This document shows positions 48,170 to 64,000 of a DNA stretch of 64,000 nt, in pieces. The position numbers and the translations under genes were made by a program. The notes beneath the pieces are model-generated. The model was not told the origin of the DNA. It made no database searches and saw only the letters and a list, made by a program, of their open reading frames with translations. Each line of letters opens with the position of its first letter. Position 1 is the first letter of the stretch. This DNA comes from the human T2T-CHM13v2.0 reference genome, Homo sapiens, in NCBI RefSeq assembly GCF_009914755.1, contig NC_060936.1. The stretch is one strand, 5' to 3'.

Positions 48170-48580
48170 TTAAAAATAATCACCTAACGTTTTGACAGCA
48201 CTTTCTTTTTTTCTGTCCCACAGAGATTGGAAGTCATTTTCTTATCCTCTTTAGGAAGTATGTTGGATTCAGGATTCTTAATTCCCATTTAAAGTCAGGA
48301 CAATTGAGATAACTGTATCAGCTAACATTTACTGGGTGTTATGTTATACTTGCTAATAATAATCATAGCTAACATTTACTGAGTGATAATTTTTCTTAAT
48401 AGAAAATAGCAGCATTTACTGAGTGCCACATATTTTCCAAGTACTGCCTGAAGAGCCTTGGATCTGTCCTCTAATTTATTGTTACAGCCCTGAGGAGGAG
48501 GAACTATTAACCCCCATTTTGTGGATGAGGAATTCGAAAACTAAGAGAGATCAAGTAATTTGCCTAGGAGCACAGCTGGT
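48170..48580 (-). mobile_element. MIR fragments
   Basis: MIR-like taacatttactgagtg and cccattttgtggatgaggaa motifs. Confidence 0.55.
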
Positions 48581-49149
48581 GAATGTTGGAGAAAGTATGA
48601 AGCGGTAAATATTACTTAAATCACATAGCAAATATAGCTGTGACTGCAATTCTAGGGTGTGTGTCTCTGTGTCCACGTGTATTTGGAGTAGATCGGATAA
48701 ACTTTGGTCTTGGGTAAACTGAGGCATGTCTGGCGAAGGGGCTGACTCTTTTCTATCCCATTGAGAACATCCTCCTGGTGCTGGGGTGGGGGTATATGTG
48801 GGATGGTGTAATTGCGCAGCGTACCTTGTAATTAATTCCGTAGCTTTCACTGACGTCCGAAAGGATTAGAGAGAAAAATGTGGTCAGCGCTTAATATGGA
48901 GGGCACAGTGGGTGTGCTGCTTTCTCTTTTCCATCCCTCTGTCAACTTCATTCTCTTTTGGGGGCAAACAAGACTCAGATCTAAACAGAGTTTATGGTTT
49001 GTTTTGCATTTTGTATTTATTAATATTTATGCCGACTTTGAAGGTGCTGACCAGAAGGCATCAGTAACACACACACGCACACGCACACACACCACACACC
49101 ATGTCTGTTTGGTTTGATTCTGAGCCTGAGATCCTGGAAATATTTCAGC

Positions 49150-49809
49150 TGTTGTTAAGAGGCTGGAGTTAGGACCCAGGAAGGACACAGCAGTGGGGAT
49201 ATAAATAGAAAAGGAGAACAGAACAAAGTTTGAGGAGAGAGACTTACATCACTCACTCCCCCTCCACCCAGAGAGCAGGACGGAGGTGTGAACTTGAGCC
49301 AGACCAGAAGGAGCTCGAGAGCGGCCGCAGGACAAGCCCGAGGAGCAGGCGGGCGCTCCAGGGGAAAACCACGCACAAAACCTTCTTCAGAGAAAAGGGA
49401 AGCTCCAAACCTGACTGAGACAAACGGAGGCTCTTGAAATAAAAAGAAAATACCGCAGGACAAACAGCCTCCCGTCCCCGGGCGCAGGTCGCGGTCACAG
49501 TGGTGACCTGGGATTGCTTTCCCAGGACTGCGAGTCGGGTTTGGGTTTCTCCTCCCTGCATTCCACAGCTGCTCTGGTCATCGCAACGTGTTTATTGATC
49601 ACTGAAGAATCTCAAGTTTTGAGACGAGGAAGAAACACCCATTAGGTCTCCAAGACAGCTGTGTTTCACAAACTTTAAGGAGACAGAAATTTTCTCCCCT
49701 GGAACCTGTGAAAATGTCCCTTTTCCAAGGAAGTGAAGGTTAAGAGGTCCCGTTCTCACAGACCCTCAGGAATTTCACTTGGCTCCGAGCTTTGACCTCC
49801 GAGAGAGCC
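49150..49809 (+). promoter_or_regulatory. ADGRD1: Putative ADGRD1 core promoter and 5' leader
   Basis: TATAAATA at 49200-49207 and a CpG-enriched segment ~49280-49540, directly upstream of the start codon. The exact TSS cannot be determined from sequence. Confidence 0.6.
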
Positions 49810-49875
49810 ATGGAAAAGCTGCTGCGGCTGTGCTGCTGGTACTCCTGGCTGCTGCTATTTTATTACAACTTTCAG
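49810..49875 (+). CDS. ADGRD1: Adhesion G protein-coupled receptor D1 (GPR133), coding exon 1 (signal peptide)
   Basis: Strong Kozak gccATGG. Encodes MEKLLRLCCWYSWLLLFYYNFQ, which I recognise as the GPR133 N-terminus. Donor cag|gtaatg. Confidence 0.96.
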
Positions 49876-49967
49876 GTAATGTCCCCAAGTGGCCAGGATG
49901 GCGACAGGCTTGGTTTCTCCGGAGGCTTTCCCTGAGTGTGTCTCACACTGTGGTCTTTTGTGCGCAG

Positions 49968-50004
49968 GTGCGTGGCGTCTACTCCAGATCGCAGGACCAT
50001 CCAG
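49968..50004 (+). CDS. ADGRD1: ADGRD1 coding exon 2 (37 nt)
   Basis: Acceptor tcttttgtgcgcag|. Encodes VRGVYSRSQDHP plus 1 nt. Donor cag|gtaaga. Follows a 92-nt intron. Confidence 0.95.
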
Positions 50005-50319
50005 GTAAGAGTGTTTCCTTCTCACTCTGAGCACCGCTCTCCCCCTGCCTAGTGCAGGTATCTCAGGAACAGCCCACTTGTTCATCTCTGAGGCATCAGC
50101 GAATGGCCCTTGTTGGGCTCCTGGTCCCCGACCTCACTGCCTCACCACACACTGTGACCCTGGGCAGCTCTGCTACCCCTCACCGGCTGAGCGGTGGATG
50201 GAGAAGTGGTTCTGGGCCCCTTGAGCTGGGTCATATGAAACACTGTGATTAAGGAAATATGATCTCCTTCATTTGAATGCCTTCTGCCTCTTTCTTTCTC
50301 TCTTTCTCTCTTTCTTCCT

Positions 50320-50706
<387 letters not shown>

Positions 50707-51142
50707 TGACCAGCTTAGCCTGGAGCAGCCGATGAGTGGGACTCGGGATAGAGGGCCACCCTTGCTCCAGCCCCAGAGCCACATTCCATTGGCCATTGTG
50801 ACACCCAACCAGGAAGCATCAGGACGGGGCTTCTCTCGGGAAGACAGGGAGGCACACACCCTTCGCTGTTAAGAGTGTGGGCACACGTTCTGGTCAGCCA
50901 GGGGCAGGGATGGGAAGACGAGGCTTTCTGGGAGCAGCAGGCAGTCACTGGGCTGTTGCTCCCTGCTGGAAGTTGCAGGAGGTGGGGAGGAGACCCTGCT
51001 AGTGCTTGAACCCCTGCTGGGAAGCCTGTTGTGAGCACAGCCTCTGCCCCCGCCCCACCAGAGCTTGGCTGGGCATCCCCCCGAGCGCTATTGTATGGCC
51101 CTGCCTGTCTCTGATGGGAAATCAGCCTTTTTTAAAAAATTA

Positions 51143-51448
51143 TTTTTGTTTTTATTTTTTGAGACAAAGTCTCACTCTGTCACCCAGGCTGGAGTTGAGT
51201 GGTGAGATCTCAGTCTCGGCTCTCTGCTACCTCTGCCTCCCGGGTTCAAGCGATTCTTGTGCCTCAGCCTCCCAAGCAGCTGGGATTACAGGCCCATGCC
51301 ACCACGCCTGGCTAATTTTTGTATTTTTAGTAGACACAAGGTTTTGCCATGTTGGCCAGGCTGGTCTCGATCTCCTGACCTCGGGTGATCCAACCACCTC
51401 GGCCTCCCAAAGTGTTGGGATTACAGATGTGAGCCACTGGGCCTGGCT
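51143..51448 (-). mobile_element. Alu (AluS-like), intronic
   Basis: TSD gaa(at/cc)cagccttt. Confidence 0.88.
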
Positions 51449-52119
51449 GGGAACCAGCCTTTAATGATCAACCACAAATGGACTCAGGCCAGCACTGTGG
51501 GCAGATCCCAGGGCGATACCCAGGCCTCCAGGGAGAGCCCCTTTCCTGGATGGAGCACCAGGAGCCTGCTGGGGTCTAGGGCCAGGGGCTGTGCCCTCAG
51601 CCTCTGTCTCCTTTCCGGCTGCCCGGCAGCCCCATGCCAGGATGTTCCAGGCATCGTCGCCTCGCCACCACCTCCATTCACCAACTCGGGGGTGGGGACG
51701 CTGCCACTTCTGTTTCGTCCACATGCATAGGGAGCTCCTTTTAAAAAGGCGTGGAAGCTGTGAGTTTCCACACATTCCCCTCTCCTCAGCCAAATCGCTG
51801 AATGAAACAAGGGCTCCTGTGGCTTGGGAACGAATAAACATGCCCAGCGCTGCGTTAAAGAGAGGACGTGTCCACCTTGGACACCTTGCTTCTCGTGAAT
51901 GCAGGCCTCATGGCTTGGGCTGGGCTCCAGTAGGGGAGAGGACTGAGAGGAGGAGAGGGGTAGCCCCTCGAACTGCAGGGCGGTCAGGCAGAGCTGTGCA
52001 CCCGGCTCCTGCAGCAGGCAGGTGGCCCCCGAGGCCCCAGCATGGCCCTCACTGCTGCTCAGTGTTGGAGAAAAGCTGTGCGGGTTCTCCCCGGACTTCT
52101 GCTTATGATACAGAGCCCA

Positions 52120-52965
52120 CACGCATTCTCACACATGCACATGTGTCCACATGCCCCCCCATGCTACATGTCTACATGTGTCAACATATGCCCACATGCA
52201 CCAACACAAATCACACACATCCACACATGGTGACACATATGCATACACACACACACCAGATGTCTACATGTGTCAACATATGGCCACATGTGCCAACACA
52301 CATCACATGTCCACACACCACTCACATCCATACACATCAGACATGTTGACACGCATGCATACACATGCAAAAGCATCCACACATATGCACACACCTGCAT
52401 GCATCAACATGTGTCCACATGCATCCACACATGTGTCCACACAATTCACATGTGTAGACACACATGCACACATATACACATCCATGCACACACCCACACC
52501 CACATGTGCCAACACATGTCTACGTGCATCAACATACATGTATTTACACATGTTCACACATGTCCACACATATCCACGTGTCTACACACATGACCACACA
52601 GTCACAGACTACACACATCCACATGCATCCACACACATCCATACATTTCTACACACATGCATACACGTGCACACATTCACAAAAGTCCACGTGTCTACAC
52701 ACATCTGCACATGCTCGCACATCTCTACACACATGCACATACATACACACATGCTCACACACGTACACCCCACACACATCCACACACACTCATATGCATG
52801 CACGTGTCCACACACATCTTCACATACTCACATGTGTGCACACACATGCACACACACCCTCACACATTCACACACATCCCACATCCACACACATGTACAC
52901 CTATTTACACAGCTCACATATCCACACACGTACACATATGTACACACACATGCACACGTGCACTT
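52120..52965. repeat. Degenerate (CA)/(CACATG)n low-complexity tract
   Basis: ~850 bp of alternating purine-pyrimidine, source of the H/T/M/C-rich spurious ORFs. Confidence 0.92.
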
Positions 52966-53378
52966 GCATTTTTGTATCTAAACTTGAAGGAGCAGTTTGA
53001 ACTCAGTCTTTGTTCCATATAGAAGCTTTGTTCTTCCAAGTCTGGATTTAGGGTAGAAATCAACATTTCCTGATCAAGGCACTGTCTTAGAGAAACGACG
53101 GCCATGCTGATGACAGTAGAAAGGGACGGAAGGGTGTGGTGACCCCTAGTCTGTGTGGAAAAGCACAGTGAAGGCGGCCATGCCTCCTGAGCTCTTGAAA
53201 CCGCAAGGTTTCTCTCTCCTCAGCTTTCCAGGTTCTAGCAGTCCCTCTTTTTCTCCTCGTCCTTCCTCGTCCTCCTCTCACTGCAAATTGTTTTTGAACT
53301 TTTCCTTTTTTCTCTTCCTTCCTCCTTCCTTCCTTTTTAGAATAATGGTGAAGGTGGACACATTTGCTGAATATTTAG

Positions 53379-53921
<543 letters not shown>

Positions 53922-54651
53922 TGAAAAGCCGCATCCCTGGCTGTCTGTGTGAAGCAGAATCTAGGGGCCTCCTTCATGCTCCAGCTTCCATCCTTGAGGC
54001 TCGCCTGCCCCCGGGCAGCTCTGGCAGAGGAAGCCTGGCCCTGGCGCGTCTCCTCAGGAGCGCTCATGACGGGCACGGGCGTCACAAACACACCAACAGA
54101 AACAACCTGTTTCCATCGCAAGAGAACAGCTCCTTAACACGTAGCATTTCATTCTAAAGAGTGCTAAACAGCTATGAAAAGCGGCCAGTTTGTCTGCACG
54201 TTGGGCCTTTCAATGATTTTACATCATCCTTGCGAGAGCCCTGCGGTGGTGTCACGCCCTCGCACCGCGGGTGGAGAAGCGTGTCTTTCAGACAGACCAA
54301 GCGATTTGCTCAAGGTCACAGGGCTCAGAGGACACAATATTAAGCCCAAGAGGCTCACAGCGTGAGGGGAATTAGGGGAGACAGACACAGACAGAGATTC
54401 TTGGAAAACAGCAGCCGAGTGGTCAGTACCGGGACATAGGTTCGCTCAGGTGCTGGGGGAGCCTTAAGGAGGAGTCTCCAGTATAGAGCGAGAGCCTGAT
54501 CTTCCAAACGCCAGCCTACTTTCCACCACGGCCACACCAAACTGTAGTATTTTGTTAAAGGTTCTCAGAACTATTAAGCATTTCTTGTTTTCTGATTCTG
54601 GCACTCAGCACTGTGCCTTATGCATAGGAGACACGCAATAAATATTTGTTG

Positions 54652-54948
<297 letters not shown>

Positions 54949-57900
54949 TTATTGACTTGTCTGTGCACAGTCACTGAAGATTTGCTAGTCATCTGGTAAA
55001 CCGCGTCAATAAAGCTAGCCAACCAGCATGCATTCGGCTCACAGGTGGCTGTTTTGGCTTGTATTACCTGGTTTGCCTGTCTACACTGGCAGAGGTAGCC
55101 AGATATTTGCCAGATCTTTACCATGTAGAGAGGTGTTTCATTTTGTAAGTAATTGCCAAACAACTTGAAATCATTTTAAGCCTTTGCATACTCTGTGCTT
55201 ATCTGTGACCATAGATGGTCATTCTGGAGGCATTATAGAATGTCGTAGTTGAGGGACCGTGGGGACTATTGAGCCACTTCTCACTTTACAGGGAAGCCAG
55301 GAGGTAGGTTTGGAGAGGGAAATCCAGGGTCGGCAGAGTCCGGGCCCCTCCCCACATCTGGAAGCTTTTCCAGGGACTCAGGCGGCCCAATTTCTTGCCT
55401 CTGCTCCCCAGGGGACAGCCTTATGAAGCTGTGATGGTTGATTAATCTGAATCCATAAATGGCACTGGCCAATAAATTGCAGGCCATTCTTAAAAAGTTT
55501 ATAAGCATGCCATTTTATACATGACATTTGTAATGAGGAAAAGAGAACTTAAAACAAACCCAAAGCATGTCATTACCCAGCAGTTTCCTGGTCCTGGGGC
55601 ACATGGCACAGCTGGCTCCAGCCGTTTCCAGAAGTTTGGGGCGGCTCACTTCACCCGCTCTATTTAGGGGTCTGGGAGGCCAAGCAGATAATTACAGTAA
55701 TTATCATTCCTTAGATCTCCATCATGCCTTAGAGTTTCTAAAGAACTGTCAGAACTGCTAGGCCATGGCAGAAACTGGATTCTTCATCTTCGTAGTATTT
55801 ATAATAGAATTTTAAAAAAACAATGTTTATATCCGATTGAAGAAATGGAAATTTGGCAAATAGAGATTTTCTAAATACTAGAATTATACAGATAATTATA
55901 TTCTATGTTTATTGATTTATTTATTTATTTTTTTCATTTTATCATTCATTCTACCTGTATAGTTAGTTTTTAAATTGCTAACATTAAAAATTTGGGAGAT
56001 TTCAAATGCAAAAATCTCTCTCTCTCACACACACACATACACACACACCTCCTGGGCCCCTTGTCTTAGACATGGAGGATACAATGTAAATAGAACATTC
56101 AAGGAACAGAGTCTGATATAGGAGACAACACACAAATATACTAACAAAAAAATCCCAAACAATAGTAAATGCCATGAGAAAACCAAATAAGGACCTGAAA
56201 GAAAGAGTGGATGGTGGTGGCGACGAAGGGGTGGCATGAGGGGAGGGGTCCTGTGAACTGAGACCTGAATCAGGATGAGCTACACAAAACGCGGGGATCA
56301 GCATTCCAGGCAGTGGGAACAGCAGGCAAAGTTATGCAGGAAAAATGAGCTCCATGTGTTGGAGGCCAAGGAGGATGGAGCCACGAAGCCAGCCCGACCA
56401 TCGGCAGGGGCCGGCATTCCTCTGTGTGGTATAGATTCCAGCTGGACCAAGTCAGTGCAACACTGAAGATTATTTCCCTGCAGGAAACCAAGGGATAAAG
56501 GTTTCCCTGGACGCACACAAGGAGTAAGTAACAGGGAAGGAAGAAGAATAGGGAAATCTGGAAGAAAAATGGAAAAGGAAAAATTAAAGGTTTTATTAAG
56601 TTGTTTTGAGTATTAATACTCTGTCTTTCATCTCTCTCCTATGTCTGTCTCTGACACACGCACACACCAAACTTAATAAAACATTACATATGGATGATAA
56701 ATTATTTCTGAAGAACTGTGGTGATGTGGGCTGAAAATACCCCTTTTTCTCTCTGCCCTTTCCTCTCTCTCTCTCTCGTTCTTTCTCTTCCTCCCCACCC
56801 CACCTCCATTTTCTCTCTGGCTCTGTCCCCTGCTACTTGTTTTGCAGGCTGGGGTTGTTTTGGAGTCCTCAAATGGGCCATGGTTTTGCTTGGCTGGCTG
56901 ACCTGCCTAAGAAGACGTTTAGTCTTTAGAAGAGTTTGGTGAAAATCAAGGTGGTTGCAGAGTTAGGTGGTCTCATGCCACCTTCTCAATGGGAAAAATG
57001 CCACAGAGTGCCTTTTTCCCGAAAGAATGAGACTTTCTTGCTCTGATGAAACTTGTAGGACTATGAGTTATTTTACTCCTTGAGTTGGAAAAGGAACCTG
57101 TGGGCTGAATTCAGCCCATCCCATTAGCACCACACAATGTTTTATTTTAAAAAATTGCTAACATTAAAATTTTGATAGATTTTGCTTTAAAAAAAAATCT
57201 GAATTTCTGACTCTGCTTTAAAAAATGAAGACCTGACAATCCTGGGCAAAGCTTCCTGCAGAGCCGCAATGCTTCGTTCGGCATCAGGAGGCACTACTTA
57301 ATTTAGACAGGGCACAGTTTTCCGCGTCGCCTCCGCCTCTCCTGCCCTACGACTGCAGTGGTGCCAGCTGATGGTTTCCAGCATCTGCTCTGATGAGTCT
57401 GGCCTGTGCCTTCCAGCTTGTTAACTACCTTGGATGCCATCCCTGGACTCTGTCCAGTCACTTCTCAGGACTCGCCGTCCCCTGCGGGTGTCACAGCTTG
57501 CAGCCCCTTCATTGCTTGTTTCCAGTCAGTGTTGCTAGTTGCAAAACATCTGTGGCAACTGAGGTGTTTTACACTTGTCTGAAGTGCAGTGGTGTGGAGA
57601 GAAGGCAGTGTTCTGGCCTCAACCCTGCTCTTCTCATCACTGGCCACCTATGAACTCTGGCTGGCTTTGGGGTGAACGAGACACCATCACTTTACTCTGT
57701 CAGCCTTTCTGCCAGGACTGATTGTGGCCATTTGTAAATGGAAAGAATGGGAAGGGCTTTATCGTCCACAGGGTTTATTTTATAAAGATGAGGATTCTGA
57801 AGACACATCTGTTCTTTGTATAACAGATGTTATTTCCTTTTACAATTTTTTTTCCCAGATGACTTGAATAACAAGTCAATGAGGTTTTGTCCTCTTCAAA

Positions 57901-58398
57901 ATGAATATCCTAGACTTTAGGGGGAAAAAAAGCACAGTGGGAATGAAAATGAATCTTTTTGATTTTTGCATTTCAGATTCTTCATATTGCATTACAATAG
58001 TAGAACTATCCCCACTGGAAATCAACTGAAGTCAGGCCTTACTTTCTAATGTGCTACTTTATCTAGATAGGGCTATTTTATTTAGAGAGTAACAAGACAC
58101 TTAAGTTATTGTTTAGATACTTCTCTTTAGCTCATATTACAGAGTTAACTTTGTTCCTGGCTTACATTTTGAGCTTGTGTACATAAAACTGGAGGGACAG
58201 ATGCAAATTGAAAAGTGGAACCAAGGAACAGGACACGTGTGGATGTTGGGCGCCCTGTGAACAAAAATTCAGATATTACATGGGGTGCGTCAGTTATCTG
58301 AAAATGATGGTATGTTCATAACTACCTATGGCACTTCAATTGTGAAAGCAAGCCTTAAAATATTTCTAAAGGAATACAGATTGAAAAATTCAAATAGA

Positions 58399-58757
<359 letters not shown>

Positions 58758-58899
58758 TTACATCTCGCACTCAGCTTTTCGATTTCTTCACTCCCAAAAC
58801 AGCAGTATTGGTTTCTGCAGTATCTCTCCAGACATCTCTCTCTCTTCTTCTCTCTCCATCCCTGCCCTGAACCAACTATATTTTACACAAATAGCTCAT

Positions 58900-60750
<1,851 letters not shown>

Positions 60751-61534
60751 AAAAACAAGGACTAACATAGAGACTATTAGTCTGTCCTTTTCTATGATCT
60801 AGCAGTCGCTTGGGGCAGTTGATTATTGTTTAGTCATCTGAACCATTATTTCCACTTCTGTGAATGAATCCCAGAGGACTAATCCCCGAGAAGACTAAAA
60901 TTGTATGCATAAAGCCACTCATGTCAGCGCCACCTGTACGAATAAGGATGGAAGCTATTGATTGTTCATTAACAGAAGAATGGCATAACATGTTATGGGG
61001 CAGCCACTCAAGAGACTGTTACCCAAACTCAATTATGAGGGTTAGATAGAAACAAAGAAATAATTCATATAGCATTCAATGAGAAGAGCAGAATAGAAAA
61101 TAACATACCTGCATAAAGTTATGTTTACTCAAAGTATAAGGATCACGAAGGAAATTTCAAACTGAGTAATGCTTAGTGTGGAGGAAGCATAGAGGGAAAA
61201 TAGAATGACCAGGATTAAATTGAGAAAGTGAGTATTGCGTCTACAATGAGCTGGCAGTGTGATTTTGTGCAAGACTTTCATTTCCTGTCTTTACAAATAG
61301 GCTAAGAATTCAATTTTCTTATAGATTATTGTTAGCATGAAGTGAGGAAGTGCTTGTTAAGGACCTCAGTGTCTGGCATACCATTCATGTTAGTTTTCTC
61401 CTCTTTTAAAATGATTTTACCCTTATTTGTTTCTATAGTGTGATTGCATTGATATTAACTCTAAAATAATGGTAAATAACAGCGGGATATGGAACATTCT
61501 TATCTTTTCCTGACATGAATGGGCAAGCTTCTAG

Positions 61535-62063
<529 letters not shown>

Positions 62064-62150
62064 GCAGATGTGGACACAATCTGCTTTGAAGCCACGGTGA
62101 TAGAGATGAACAAATACTTGTGTAACTTCCCGTAATAGTTATTTCAAAGC

Positions 62151-62278
62151 TTTTTTTTTTTGTAGAGATGGGGTCTTGCTATGTTGCCAGGCTGGTCTCA
62201 AGCTCCTGGCCTCAGCAATCCTCTGGCCTTGGCCTCCCAAAGTGCTGGAATTACAGGCGTGAGCCACTGTGCCAGGCC
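62151..62278 (-). mobile_element. Alu left monomer (FLAM/AluJ-like), intronic
   Basis: Single antisense Alu arm with T-run. Confidence 0.85.
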
Positions 62279-64000
62279 ACGAAGCATTTTACTAGAATTT
62301 TTATAGAGAGAGCTATTGCGTATTGAATGGGAGAATTTCTGATTCAAAATATGATTAAAATGTGCATTTTCCCCAACAATCTTGAAACAGAAGCTGGCCT
62401 GAGGATGCCTCTATGTGCAAGTCAGGCGTCTGTTTTCTACGTTGAATGGACTAGCGTCATCTGCACACTGACCACAGCAGGGGCCTATTGATGAAGCAGA
62501 TGTCAAAGGTCATGCCAACTAAGACCAACTCACATGTTTGAAGGGCCCCCGTTTCATTCAGCAAACGCATCCCCATCTACCAGTCAGCTTCCCCACACAT
62601 CAGCTCCATTTGAAAAGATTAAGCATCGCCTAAGACGTTTCCAGTGAGGCCCAATTCCAAATAGTCTGTTTGAGTTCATTCAGACATTTGCTGGTAGGAG
62701 AAACCTCACATCTTTCTGGGTATTTTTTTCCCCTTTCTAATAAGGACTTTTTAAAAACCGTAAGCTTTGTATGACAGTTTTCCATTTTTATTTTTATTTA
62801 CTGATTGCTCTTGATCATGTCAGATGGCTGACATGGGCGGCGAGGGTTTACCGTACAGCAATCCTAGCACGTGCTTCGGTCGTCCCTGTTCCGTGGGAGG
62901 CGTTTTATTTTTAAAACCATGTATTGCTGGTGACTGTGATTTCCACATTGACACACTGGCATTTTCCTTACTCCTGTGATTTAATGTGTTGCTGGACATC
63001 ACCGCTGAAGCTTCTGAAATGTTTCCTTAAAATTTGCAAACTGAGACCCATCGGTGCTGCCTCTGTTGCTGGTGTTCTCAGACTGGGGCGCCGTTGAGGA
63101 GCACGCGCTCCGTGAAGGGCACCTGCGTGGGTGCCACGCGCTCCCTGCCCAGCATCGCTCTCATCCGCCTGCCTGTAGGGCAGCAACATGGCCACATTTG
63201 GAAACCACCCTACAGCCAGATGTCTTTTCCAAAGGGTCGGCCTGGCAGGGCTGAGAAAGCCCTTGTGCAAGTTTGTTTCACCACTGGCTCGGGTTCAAAC
63301 GAACCACGTTCCCTTGTTGGCATCCAGTTTTCTTTTTTCAAGGCCTTTATTTTAAAGCCATGGAAAGGGGGTCATTTCACCAAGTGGAAATGCCTTCTTG
63401 AAACAGCTCACTGTTCCAAGACCCAGCAACTAAAATGCTAGGAGTTTTTTCAAACAAAAGCTTGAATAACTGTCAGTGTCTTTCTCTCTTCACCCCTATA
63501 CCTGAACTCATTGTGGTGGCTTAAATCAGTAACTCTTGGTGCTTTGAAACCTTTACCTATGAAAAATTCTTCTCCTAAGGTGATATATTCACACAGATAC
63601 AGTTACACACTGTGGCTGAATTTTGCTCCCTGAATATATTGACTTCCAGTAAAGCACTAATATATCCGTGTTAGTCCTGGAACATTGCAATGTGGAAGGT
63701 TTCTCTGCACTTCCCTACTGGATGCATTCTCTAGGTTGTAATGCTATGCTGGCATATTTGAATTGATTACAGCCTTCTTAAGGGAGAAAAGAAAAGAATA
63801 GACCCCATCAGCACATTTTGCTGCGGGGAACAGGTGAATAGCTTTGGCAAGCCTTTTGAGGATGTGCGGCTTTGTCGTTTGTTGCCGAACTCTCCGTCGT
63901 TTTGTCCATTTGTCATCATCTCACGCAGTCATTTTCATGCAGAGTGTCTGTCTCATCAGTTCTTGTGACATCATAACCATTCATCCTTTTGTTGAGCCTG

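Noticed and set aside
49493-49508. GGTCA...TGACC inverted repeat in the ADGRD1 leader as an estrogen response element
   Set aside because: Spacer is 6 nt rather than the 3 nt of a canonical ERE
49779-50030. Track ORF MAPSFDLR...VRGVYSRSQDHPGK as the ADGRD1 start
   Set aside because: Begins at TTG and shares frame only with exon 2. The true start is ATG 49810 in another frame, joined by splicing.
51484-53022. ORFs of 178-276 aa rich in H, T, M and C
   Set aside because: Produced by the CA-rich low-complexity tract and GC-rich flank inside ADGRD1 intron 2
55965-57250. Repeated word aaattgctaacattaaaa(a/t)tttg at ~55973 and ~57152
   Set aside because: Most likely two fragments of the same old DNA-transposon family (similar sequence near 19240-19340). 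I cannot name it and see no sign of function.

Overview
Primate, almost certainly human, genomic DNA rich in repeats. The first ~49 kb look intergenic and consist mostly of Alu, old L1, ERVL-MaLR/ERV1 solo LTRs, MIR/L2 and a Tigger-type DNA transposon. They also hold a Y1 RNA retropseudogene and two minisatellites (42-bp and 21-bp units). The last ~15 kb carry the promoter and first three coding exons of the adhesion GPCR gene ADGRD1 (GPR133) on the + strand, at 49810-49875, 49968-50004 and 61821-61904. These splice in frame to [62 protein letters not shown]. Most ORFs in the supplied track are artefacts of Alu, L1 or simple repeats. I found no support for a wholly new biological system. The best leads are local regulatory or mutational features: a sole uORF in the ADGRD1 leader, an octamer-bearing solo LTR upstream, a weak exon-3 donor followed by a G-rich repeat and flanked by inverted Alus, a 21-bp array with higher-order structure, and a fold-back scar in an Alu. 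Repeat subfamily names come from recalled consensus sequences, and repeat boundaries are approximate.
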